Translations under genes and position numbers: made by a program
Notes under the pieces: model-generated
The model's input: only the letters and a program-made list of their open reading frames with translations
Databases searched by the model: none
Told to the model about the DNA's origin: nothing
In this document: piece after piece, positions 25,501-37,100 of the stretch
Numbering within the stretch: position 1 is the stretch's first letter
Layout of the letters: each line of letters begins with the position of its first letter
Assembly (NCBI GenBank): GCA_030141605.1
Contig: JAQGDQ010000031.1
Span: forward strand, 248,001-312,000
DNA length: 64,000 bases
Reading direction: 5' to 3'
DNA from: Tubiluchus corallicola
Taxonomy: Eukaryota; Animalia; Priapulida

Positions 25501-28198
25501 TGTAGTTTAGTTCAAAGCACCAGCACTAGAGAGCGCATAAACATGCTGACTGTGCAACATTATAACACTGAGCTCTAGAGGGCATTTAGCAATGTCCAAA
25601 GCTCAACTTCATTACGTCTGAACATGCGGGCAGTCGAGACGGAAAACTGGGTCAGGCATCTTCATTACAGCTAACTCACGTGGGATAACTGGGAGACGGA
25701 ATAGCTTGCCTGACAGAAAAATGGAATAGCCATTTTACTAGTGAAGAACATCTTGCACGAAAGTGAAGCCGCAAAGCCCTTGTCAAAAAGCAGACAGTCT
25801 AATATTGGAACACATACAGAAATGAACTCTATAGATCCACTGATAGATACAGCAAACAACATGTCCGAATGGAAAAATTATTGCCTACCAAAACTAGTAA
25901 CAATTCCAGCACATTTAAAGATGATATTAAGACATATATTAAATCTAATTTACGAATACAGTTTAGGAAAATGGAAATAAATGTATATAAAACAAAGGGA
26001 CACATTTCACTGATAATTTTTAAGACGATTTGTACAAAACAAGAACAGCGAAAATTTAACTTCTCAGTTCTGTAACTGTTAACAAATAATAAATTTTCGA
26101 TGCAGTTAAAACAGAGTGTATTTTAGAGTAGTTAATCTAAAGTGCGGATAAGCAGAAATCAATGAAATCAGTTCCAACCATCCAATAATTAGTATTGAAA
26201 AATGCAGACAGCCATACTATATCAACATATTTTACCTTATACTATATAAACAAATTTAAAAAAAACTGCTACTTAAATAAAAATGGAGAAGCCAGGCTAT
26301 TATAAATCCAGGCTATCAGAAATCATTATATGCTAATTAGCTAATTTAAAGAAAAAACAAGAAAGCATTTAAAATATCCAAACCACACATGAAACAAATT
26401 TTACAGACACTAAGCTATGAGCAACAGTAAATGCAAACTGCCTGGTTTGTCAGGAAATGCGGAATTTGCCAGGAAAATGAGTGCAAAATCCCTAAGTTAT
26501 GACGTTCAATAAATTGATTGATACTCTCTAACTGCATTTACTATACTTTTCCATTTGCAATTTCACATTTTGAAATTCTGTAAATAGATACCTCATCAAA
26601 ACACAAGCTGTTTCTGGAGACCTGAACACTTTCCATCCCAAACTTTCAAAGAAGTTGCTCAGACGGACTTGACCGGTTGTTTTTCCTCCACACGGGCCTA
26701 CAAATTAAAACTTGCACGTAAAGTTTGTGCATAAGTGCTTGCAAAAGCATGAGCATAAAGTTGCATAATGCCTTAAAGTTTTTAATACTACATACAAATA
26801 ATGAAACTTTATGTACTGCGAGCTATATCACAAATATATTATTACATTTCACGTAGTAGATAATGAGGCACAACTTGGCAGGTTTTTAAGGTAATATTAG
26901 TAGGTAATTGAAAATAGCAATCAAGTAAAATTAGTAAATGAAAGAAAAATACAAGTACCAGTAATTCCACTGTATATATATATACCATATATATATATAT
27001 ATATATATACATACAGTGGAATTACTGATATTTGTATTTTTCTTTCATTTACTTGATATATATATATATTATGTGTGTGTGTGTGTGCGTGTGTGTATAA
27101 CAAAAATTTAAATTTCTGAAACTTAAACCCGAACTCAACACTCAGCAACCAAGATGGTACAGCGGCCAAATGGCACAGTGCTTGAATGCTGCTCCAAGGG
27201 TTCTGGATTCGAAATTTTTCATGACAAAGAGCAATGATGTACAAATCTCTGGTCACTAGGTCTACTCATCTTACTTGAATAATAAGTCATGTCCTGTGGG
27301 AAGAAGACGACTAAGCAAAGGGCTAGCATCCTGTCTTTCCTGTGAGACCAACTTTGTAATAGATATCGTAACCATATATCCCAATTCCCAACTCTAGACA
27401 CATATCGAATGGGACCGTTCTTCTTTCACAACCAATCAGTTAGTGGTAATTTTAGGCTTTTAGCTCTTTTTTCGTATTAGAGATTGCTTCTTAGACCATC
27501 ATTTTGGCAATTTTATTTACTTCACATGATGAAAAAATAAATTGCAATAATGCAATAAATATTCATGGACACGAATTTTACTGTTACACGCGACTGGGTT
27601 TGCCAGCAGTAAGATGGTAATACGAATCAGTGAATACCCTACAATTCAAAAATGTTCAATTAGATGAGCGACTAAATTTGAAAACTTTTACCACCTAACA
27701 AACATATTTTAGTCTGCAGTGGCCAAACTTTATTGCCCAGATTTAGTCAAAAGATTCACAACGTATGAATCTGAAACAACACTAACATCTTAATTTTACT
27801 GTTCAGCCCTAGTTTCGTTACAAGTTAATTAACTTTTTTGTTTACTGCAAATTAAATAGATTAGTAGCTAAAACGATGCTACTAAACCAATAGTTCTTGC
27901 ATCATGAAAAGAGTGTCTGATTCGATAACTTTAGTTTTTTGCCACCCCTTTCCCTTTCTATCAGTTATTTACAGCATTTATGTTATTTGACACTAATATT
28001 ACGGGAAAAAGAGAATCTGAATCCTAGTCACTTTGCTGGTCCATAATTAAAGTGAACCATAGACTTGGTTACTATGTAGGTCGGTTTGTACCGTTTGGCA
28101 TGCTGCCACATATACATACCTCCAGTTAACACAACTTTGTACACCTTGTGCTCCTTGTTACGAGTCTTCGACAGTTGCATATCCATAATTTCCTTCAT
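11344..28198 (-). CDS. Ttd14: TRPL translocation defect protein 14-like (P-loop NTPase plus CYTH-like domain), 11 coding exons, 465 aa
   Basis: Exons with GT-AG introns and consistent phases: 28198-28120, 26697-26592, 22335-22298, 21432-21209, 20105-19923, 19087-18989, 16128-16032, 15032-14941, 13937-13822, 13129-12957, 11534-11344 (1398 nt). Spliced protein has [14 protein letters not shown] (Walker A), [57 protein letters not shown] and [23 protein letters not shown]. Confidence 0.92.
12551..12861. mobile_element. Small TIR element (MITE-like) in the last Ttd14 intron
   Basis: Left end ccaggtaataaagtcacaggaaaa is inverted-complementary to right end ttttcctgagactttattaccgg. A related sequence lies in reverse orientation at about 36340-36508. 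Confidence 0.6.
14765..14820 (+). mobile_element. Degenerate tRNA-derived (SINE head-like) sequence
   Basis: A-box-like tagctcag and B-box ggttcgaattc; no intact cloverleaf. Confidence 0.35.
16190..16865. mobile_element. pogo/Tigger-like (Tc1/mariner) MITE, 676 bp
   Basis: TIRs cagtaagtcctcgctt / aagcgaggacttactg with TA on both sides (16188-16189, 16866-16867). Confidence 0.88.
17465..17545 (-). CDS. Candidate 81-nt cassette exon of Ttd14 ([27 protein letters not shown])
   Basis: Pyrimidine-rich acceptor ending gtttgtccctag and donor GAA|gtaaat. Phase 0-0 matches the host intron and there is no stop codon. Confidence 0.5.
19320..19548. repeat. (GA)n microsatellite / purine-rich tract
   Basis: Seen directly; explains ORFs 19318-19557 and 19341-19586. 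Confidence 0.97.
20570..21033. mobile_element. Old non-autonomous DNA element with imperfect ~40-bp TIRs
   Basis: Left end aacaggcttaacagaaaggacaagttccttagcaagttgg versus reverse complement of right end aacaggctgtttaaaggaaaggccaagccttctgggaagtttgg. Confidence 0.5.
25600..25990 (+). mobile_element. Possible decayed 3' fragment of a LINE ORF2
   Basis: Frameshifted EW...[20 protein letters not shown] resembles the WNxLP...S...FK..L C-terminus of L2/CR1-group ORF2. Confidence 0.3.
26973..27097. repeat. (TA)n and (TG)n microsatellites inside a short inverted repeat
   Basis: cagtaattccactgta...(ta)n...tacagtggaattactg forms a hairpin; (tg)n follows at 27072-27097. Confidence 0.85.
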
Positions 28199-28304
28199 CT
28201 AAGCGGTATTACATGAACAGACGCAGAGATTATTAACAAAATACTAGCATTAACTATCACTAAAAGCTTTCAATCTTCATTTTTAAATTTTGTAAAATAG
28301 GTAC

Positions 28305-28420
28305 AAAAGCGAAGCCGCGTGGGCGCCGTATAGTGGCGGGAACTACCGGCAAAGGAAACAGCAAGGTCGATGACTCATTTAGCGTGTTGTTGTGTCGCTG
28401 CGGCATCTAGCGGCAGGAAT
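28305..28420 (-). promoter_or_regulatory. Putative Ttd14 promoter (CpG-rich patch with CTCF-like and E2F-like motifs)
   Basis: GC/CpG-rich patch 110-220 bp upstream of the ATG; tgcggcatctagcggc at 28399-28414 and ggcgggaa near 28335. Function is inferred. Confidence 0.5.
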
Positions 28421-29223
28421 CCTAAACGGGTAAAAAAAATTCCAACTCTCAAACAACATTAATACCACATTCAATACCTTTGATCAATATAGTCATGTAC
28501 AGCACCTGTAAGAAAAGATGTTGTAGATACAGAATCACATCAAGTAACCAGTCTATAACAAAAAAGCATGAAATTAATGTAAAAAACAGCCACATGACAA
28601 TGATGATATTTATATCTCTGAAAAACTTACACACAAATTTGAAGAAAACACAACAACAAAATTACATGTTTGTTCTTTATTACACTCTTATAAATATGAG
28701 CTGAACTAATGCGAGGAATCATATTTAGCTGAAAGCAAATGCGCCACAAAATTGAAAAGAAAGTTTAGAAAAGGTATTCCTGTGTCAAGACTGTAACAAA
28801 AACATTTTGCTATAGCTTGCCGAATAGTCAACCACATAGTCAAACAGCAATCGCTCAGTTTCTATGAACAGCAAGAGAAGGGCAAGCGGTATAAAATAAG
28901 GCATTTCAAACATAGAAACAGGGTATAGGTATATCTCTCGCAGAACACCCCTTTCCCACACACAGGGTTTGTATTTTTATAGTAAAACTCTGCAGCACAG
29001 AGCTACTTTTAATGCATTTTTGCTGCTAAACAGAATGGTCTATCAATGTTTTAAAGCAATACATGTACTGTATTTGCTTACAATCTGGTCGTAATTAGAA
29101 TGGCCTAAATTCGATAAAACCTCAAAATTTTATGACAAGCTGTGAGAAATTTCCTCAACTTAACATTTCTCTATCTAATGAATAGGTCGATGAGGTCAAT
29201 TGTTGAAACACAGCAAGTCGACA

Positions 29224-30398
29224 GTGTGGCGGTAAAAATGGCATAAGAAAAAGTGGCGCAGATAAAAATGGCACATGAAAAAATGCCATAAATGGAAAAA
29301 TAGAAAAAATGTGTCATATGTTTTTTGATGCATTTGATTTCTATAATAAAACTAGAATGCGCTTTCAGTAGGAATGCTCTATGCCAAAACCGAATAACCC
29401 TAAACTTGTTCTTTAATTTTTTTGATTAAAAAACTTAAAACAAAGATGAAGAAGCAAACATACAAAAATGTATCTGTATTGGTATTTGTGAAAGTTGTAA
29501 CTGTATATTTAGGTGCTGCCATCTATTGATTCGTTACTTTAAACATTTACTAGTTGAATTCACCCCTTAATGCAATTGTATGTTCCAATGAATATTCAAA
29601 CTCATGTATCTCCCCTATTTTTCTGTAATGGGATATGTGAAGCCCAGTTCTTGCATACTTCTCTACATATATAAACTGGCTAGATTTCACTGCTAGTCAC
29701 TCTCTGTCTCAGGCAGTGCAGTCATGTTACACACTGTCTCTCTGTCACACACTCAGTGCTGTGCAGCAGTTGTGATCATCATTTTACTTGTGCATTTTAC
29801 TCATGTGTATTTAGTGCAATAAAAGTGTTTCAGTTTTTGTGCAAACATGCAATCTAGTGTTTAGTTGTTTCTACCAGTGTTCAATTTCGACTTCACAAAT
29901 ATCTTTCACAGTATTATATACACTAGCAAAAAATTGGCGATGGTAATAGACTGACATACATACGTACTTAGATAGCAAAAGACTGTACACATCGAAAAAT
30001 CTAGACCTAGATCTAGATTTAAATCTAGTGAGGATAATACTCTATCACGAATGTTTTTTGTAATTGGTGTTAGGATCGAGTTTTGCGAAAACAACTTTTG
30101 TCAAAAAAGTGTCCATTTTGGCATCCTACACAAAGCTTCGTGTAAATTTGTCTACTTAGTTTTTGCGTAATGCTATGTTTAGTGTTTAGGCTTACTATGA
30201 CCGACAAAAAAACTACCAAACAACCCCACTGTGTTGAAGCATAACTTGGCAGAGGTAAAAATAAGTAAAATAATAATCCCTCAAGTAATCCTAACCCTAA
30301 ACTCATATTTTACTAAAAGTGCCATTTTCCTTTGTGCCATATATTTACCATGCTATTTTTACTGTGCTATTTTTCATAGGACATTTTTGCCTACATTC
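29224..30398. mobile_element. Foldback/MULE-like element copy 1, with internal HINE-like insert (about 29350-30258)
   Basis: Arms of tandem ~15-bp aaaaatggcac units in inverted orientation; internal actagaatgcgc...ttggcagaggtaa. Homologous to the copies at 37594 and 54420. Confidence 0.75.
29487..29910 (+). mobile_element. Solo LTR, 424 bp
   Basis: tgtgaaag...ctttcaca perfect 8-bp inverted ends; 5-bp TSD gtatt (29482-29486, 29911-29915); tatataaa near 29668 and aataaa at 29818. Confidence 0.88.
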
Positions 30399-31191
30399 AT
30401 TTGGCATAATTAACCTGTAACTATATTTTTTGTCGCCCGTCGTTGGACGAAAGCCTCTAATGTGAAAAGAGTTGGTTGTCTTTTAATATTTTTGAAATTC
30501 ATCACGTTAAGCACTTTTCCCTTCATTTCTTAAAATCTTCGGAGACTGTTATCAATCCTTGCTAACGCTTCGCGTATACAGTGACCCAACGTGGCGTTTT
30601 TATCCTACTATCGTTACTAATTACAATTTAAATGTATTTTAACTGGTTTTCTGGAGCAGTTTGATATGACGCAACATGAAGTATGAAGTTCGACATCTTC
30701 TAGTGTTGTGACCTGTTGAAACATCATAGCTCGCTTGTTATCTATAAATTCTACACATTTTCTGAAGACGCTAAATGACTGTGTAGTTATAACACCTTTA
30801 CCTGTACTAGATTTTAACATACATGGCACACGAGCAAAAAATGAAAATGCAAAAGTCAGACTCTGTAAATTTTTATTTACTGAAATTCATACGACCTCTA
30901 TCCTTCCAGAACTTTCGATAAAAATGCACAAGTGTTGTTTTAAATGAGTACCTAACATATTTCTTCAGAGAAATTATGCTAATCGCCCTAGACCTAGACA
31001 AGACCAATGGTCATTCAGGGCAACGATCTACATAAACACAAATACACAAAGCAAAATTTAAAATCCCATGTAAAATCTAACTACAGGTATAGCTGTGCAG
31101 CTTTACAGATATATACAGTACATCCGGGTGTTTTCAGACTGGGCCAGCTATAAAAAAATCAATTGACAATGTTACTATAGGCATCTCCATT

Positions 31192-34100
31192 TTAATTATA
31201 ATGTCTAGGCCTAGGTCTAGGCGTACTGCGGCGCGTCCCAATTTGTCTAAGTTCGTCAGAAATTATGTAAATTAGCGAAGCTGTTTTCTTGGCGGTGCCA
31301 GTGATGAAGTTAAAGAGTATTTCTAACTCCTCTTCTCTCAGAGCGCATACTCTTTCCATTTCAATTGGTCCAGGGCAAGTAGATTGATCTTCCATCAAAC
31401 CACCAACAAGCTGCATAACTGGGTCTTCCCAATTAAAGATGTATGAGCCATCATTATTTGAACAGGACTCCGTCATTGAATCTGGAAAAAATGTTTTAAT
31501 CTTACTAAACTGTTATTATGTTCAATTCTAAATCAATTTTCTGACACATGACAGATGCGAATATACTGGAGCAGTTCAAACGCGAAAAAATGAATACTTA
31601 TTTGGCAAGAATTGTGATTACAATATTATATAGTTTAGAAATTTATGGAACGTTAGTCTTTAGCTGGTCAGAAATTCACTTAAGGATGATTTCATTAAGT
31701 TGAAAATAGAACTTGCATCACTGAAACTCAACAAATAAAGGCTTAAGGTGCAGTCAAAACCACCCAGATGCAATTTTCTTAACGATACTCATCCGTTTGG
31801 TAAACTGGTTCAGTATTGCTGAACTTTCGTAACTAAGCACACCGGTAGCCATGTCTAAATTATATACGTTATCGTGACGCAATTACTATGATAATAACTT
31901 ATTAAACTTTCAAGCAATTTAAGCGGTGTTACTCAGTTACTACTTTAATCAGTATGATAATTTCACAAAAAAACATTTAGGCCTATTATCTTTATTTGCA
32001 CGTAGCACTCTAAGTTGGAAAAAACTGAATCCAGATGTGATGCCATAATATTTCTTCAGACATTTCTTAACCCATCAGGTAGTTTATCAAACATAAAAAC
32101 ATTTTCAAATGGCCCCTTTAGCCCTGACCTATTCATTTGTTTGTTTGAGAAAATCCCCGAGCAGCGATGAAAGCCAAGCTGCCCATTGACCACTAAGCCC
32201 CCGGCTAACTAGAAACAGCAGTGAGAATAAAAAATTAAGTACATTGTAAAAGAACTGTCAGTGAGTGTCGTCTGCTTAATAACTCTCATTACCTATTGCT
32301 GTCATATCCAGTAGGGTATCAGCTACAATAATACCCGTCACCATTCCTCGAAAGCTTTGACTTGCTGTGAAACCAGTGCCCACATCAGTCTGATCCTGTC
32401 CAAATATTAAGCATCCGCCCGATTGTATTGACCCAGGATTAGAACCGTAGTTACCGGCTTGAAATTAAATAAAAGTAAATTTAACATTTAACAAAACATG
32501 ACGTGAAGTTAAGAGGTTTTGAAAGCGAAAATCGCGTTGTTTTATGTTGCTCTAAGGCGTGTATCAGCCTGCAATGGTCACGTTATGGTAAATTTTTCAT
32601 TGATTCTAGTTAACACACCAAGTATCATACCATTAACTGTATTACGTTAACAACTATAGATTCAAGGATACATAATTGATTTTTGAAGGATTTTTAAGGA
32701 CGGCTTATTGCATTATGTGGTGTTTCTACCAAAAGGTTGTACTAATATTGCATTTTTGTGTGATCATCTATATTTTATTATGTTATTCTCTACAGTTAAT
32801 GTCATTTAATTGGAGTGGGGCAAATATAATTTTATTCAGTTTTTTAACTGCAAGTTTGCATGCAAATAAACCTTTCTATCTATCTGTCTATCCTTATGAG
32901 GTGGTAAATTAATGTGCATTGTCATGCGAAATGACAATTCGTCCAAATCGGCAATTCCGCAAATTCCGGGATACAGTTCAAGATTAACCATTAAATCTTG
33001 TCCTGGTCATATTGCAGTTTTTGTTGCAGTTCATATATATATATATATATATCACTATAACGAAATATACATTCAGTAATACATTACGTATATTACTTAT
33101 TATGACTATACTAATTAAGAAAATATACGTTGGTTTGGAGTAAAATTAGTTTTTCGTTACCGCATAAAAGTGATATTAAATGTATATAGAAATACTATTA
33201 TTGATATACAGGAAACTTGAGAAACTATGAAGATATCTTACTTTCGACAACCCCATCTACAGACACAAAGTATGTGTTCGTTGCTGTATCGTAACCAGCA
33301 CATACCGAATGCCATTGATTATTTCTGAGGTTTGTAGTGGCTGCAAGTGTGTTCGGCGTCCTAAAAACAGAAGTACTATATTCTTTTACATTTTACTTTC
33401 AATTGCACAAATGCGACATTCTCAAAAAAGGTTTCTACCGCGGACCTCAAACTTTTTTCTGAATACCATTATTTTCACTAATTTCTAATGTCGCTCCTTT
33501 GAGAAAACCACGCCAAAATAAAAAAGCAATAGTTTTTTCGTTAGTGAAATGTATATTTGCTACTGTCTTTAAAATTAGCTTTCAACGAAGCACTGCTGAA
33601 AGAAAAGAAATCACAAGGAGGACAGCTGCTGACTTACATTAATTTCATCTAAAAAGATCTTATCAATACATCAGTAGCTATCAAAAATGCACGGAGAGTG
33701 GAGCTACGTGGGAGTTTGCGGGTGACAGAGCAGCATGGTCTGAAGTGATTGCAAGAGTCAAGTTAGAGGACGTGTAACTCCAGAAATGAAGTGCTACTGT
33801 CTTTCATAAGCACTTTTCACTTTCGTTCACATTTGGTTTCATATACGTTTCTTTTTGCTATGTTTACCTGCCGTGAGGGCAGATTTCTTTTAATTTAGAG
33901 TGTCTACAATAGACGTAATGGGCATATGATGATGGTGAGTTACTAAAAACTGTTATCTTAGTGACTATGAAAAAAGCTTTGCTTCTTTTGCATTGACTTG
34001 TAGATAGAAAATGGTGTAAAAGGTGTCGTTTAGTAGGCTTTCAAGTTTCAAGAATTATTTTAGCAGAATTGTGTGTGCGTAAAGTATTTTAACGTGATTG

Positions 34101-37100
34101 CAGATGACTATAAATGACTACAAATTATAGATTAATTGTGTTTAACAATTTTAACATGTATTTTTCACCAGATTTTCCGAAAATTGAACAAACGTTTTCG
34201 CTACCTCGAATTTTCTGCATCTAAAAAAAAGACAATTTATTTCAAATAACATTAGTTATCACCTAGGGTATATGGGGTAACGCTGTCCACATTTAAATTT
34301 CTTCAGTGATATTGCCTGTATTATCACTAGTGTTCATGTACAGGCTTAGCAGACACATCGATGGATGTGTCTGCTCAACAATTAACCAATTATATTTTTC
34401 ATCCGCCTGCAAAAAAACATAGGTTATCATTGAAGGAATGGCTCAGAAGAATATATAGAATGTCGAGGATTTGATTCAGAAAGCCCAAGAAAAGATTTTG
34501 AGGGACAGCATAGAATACCGAGATAATAACAAAAAATATAACAAAAGACATATAAAAGAAATGCCACGAAACATTGAGCAAATGACACTTTTAGTAACTC
34601 TTAAATTAAAAGCAAACCTGTGCAAGCGTAAAAGCACAATTATACTCACGATTGCTGCCCATCAATCCATAAATTCACAGAATCCCCTCTCACGTAGAAC
34701 AAATACTGATTTCCCCCATTTGCTGAACTAGTGGCATATGATATGAATGTAAGATCATCTGCTGATCCTCCAGCACCCGTATTAGGGACGTCAGTTTTCA
34801 CCCACTAAAGCAATACACCAAATACACAAATGACATAATTCTTTCGCATTAATCTATAATTAGCTATAACTTTCCAATAATTTTCCGGTATAGTAATAAT
34901 ATTTAATGTAGAAAAGCACCGTGTTAACATACAATGGTTGAATTAAATGTTAACATAAAAAGCCGATTGCCTAGATCACTTTTTGGCAAGACGTTTGACA
35001 ATGATGTTCAAAATGGTATTTGTTGGTCGTTAACTATGTTTAGTCCTTTGTAGAGCATAATATATACATGAACATCTTATTTAGACGTTGAACGTCTAAA
35101 AATTAGGCAGATTGGTGATAAATAAAAAATCTCATAACAAAGAAAATGGAAGCTACACAATGTTTTAATTCGAACCTCTGCTAATACACTACAAACAGTT
35201 TTATTTTTTGCGTTTTCCGCTTAGTCCAGCACAAACCGTTTACAATGCTTCACTAAATATAATCCAGGGCATCGTGTTTCCATGCTGTAGTTTATATATC
35301 GTGTATTGAGTTGTTGCGACTAGTGCTTTGTGTGTGTTTTTTTCTTTTGTGGTTTTTATTTACTATGTGCATAGTGCTTCTCCTCTGCTTGCATTCCTTT
35401 GCATGTGACTTTAGTGAATACGTTTATATTACAAAGTTCAAAACATTAATGTTTAGTAATCGCTTGTGCTTTTTACTAGAAGATAATTCATAGTGGTGGT
35501 TTGAAATGTCGTGTATATTTTTTTAGGAATCAGGAGGATTTTTTATTAAACTTCTCCACAGTAGGTTAAAGATTAAGTGTGTCACACACCGCATCTCAAC
35601 TACAACCGTCAGGTGACGTATGTGGGTAAAGTAAAGCCGTCTGCAGCGACAGTTCAGTAACTTCAACTGTTTTACGAGGACTTTACTTAATTATTCATTA
35701 GTCTGTGCGTAGAATGATTTACTAGTAAGATCGTGCTTGGGAACAAGAGAAAAGGAAAACTAAGTAAGGTTTTAGCTAGCTCTTAAAGCTGTTATTATTA
35801 ACAGGAGGTGCTGCGACGCATTGTCAAGAGTACACAAATGCGTTGTATGGTACACTTAACGTTTAACCTTTTTACGATCATCATCAAACGCTGGACCTGT
35901 GAAAAGGCTTATTGTACTGCTTCTTGACATTAAGAATTATCTCCATGCTTGTTAAATTGGTTATACTTTTCTTAGAACATTTTCCTCCTTTAAATATGCT
36001 GCATAACTTTAGTTTTTTATTTGACACAAATTTTAACACAAAACAGAATTTGATAAAATTTTACTTACCATACACGTTGTTATTTCATCCAAGTTAGTAT
36101 CAATGACATTGTTTAGCTTTATATAGTCGCTAGTTCCACGTACAGGAAATGTAACCATCATCGCGTCGGTTTCAACTTGTGGCGCAACTTCAACGTTAAA
36201 ACACGTGGGTGTTAAGCCTGGAATTAAAATCAATCTGGAACCAACACTTTAAAAGGATAGTCATACATCGGAAAAAAAATCAAAAGAAGAGCAACTAGGT
36301 TTGTACTCAGTGACTATAAATAATCATAGCAGCGTATCAAACTCAGGAAAAAGTCACAATTAGTTTTGGCTGCGATTAGAGTTAGGGTTAGCATGGGGTT
36401 ATTAGGGTTATTTCTTTTTCATGTGCTTTTTCCGGTGACCTTTTTCCTGTAATTTTTTCTGTACTTTTTAACTGTGGCCTTTTATCAGTGTCCTTTTACC
36501 TGGATTCCGATATTCACCGGCGGGAAATAACAGGCTTTGGCATTTGCACAGTGTATGCGGTATTTTTACTGTATTGCTGGGAAAACAGTTTGAAGATCTA
36601 AATATTGCCTCCATTGAGTTCGACATGCTCGATTAATTAGGAATTGCATTTCATTTCAGTTCGGTTCTGAATGACATCTGAACTTGCAGCTTTTTGACCG
36701 GTAATCAGTGTACAAGAAACAGCCTATTTCTTGCTGGGCTTAATTTATACCTTCCATTTCGTCTGGTCAGGACATTTAGTTTGATACTAAAAGTTACTGA
36801 TTTTCGATACTGGAAAAAATTGTGTGCTCGTACTTTTGATTTTTGGCCCGTAGCGAAAATTTTTCCACAGGCACGTGGCCAATATTTAACTGTTACTAGA
36901 ACTCGACCCTACCAAGCCACACACCAAATTTGTGACACTCTTGATCAAAAATGTAAGAAAAAATCCAGCCTAAAACAAGAACAACGAAGCCCCCGCCACG
37001 TCACATACAGATTTCCTGGTGCGTGTGTGCACTGTGTGACATTCACGACCCTTACCTTGTGCGTTTGCGAGCTATTAAAGAAACAAAAATGCATAAGAAT

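Noticed and set aside
36382-36410. TTAGGG-like units (also ccctaa near 30290 and 38320)
   Set aside because: Few degenerate units inside MITE-like elements; not an interstitial telomere array.
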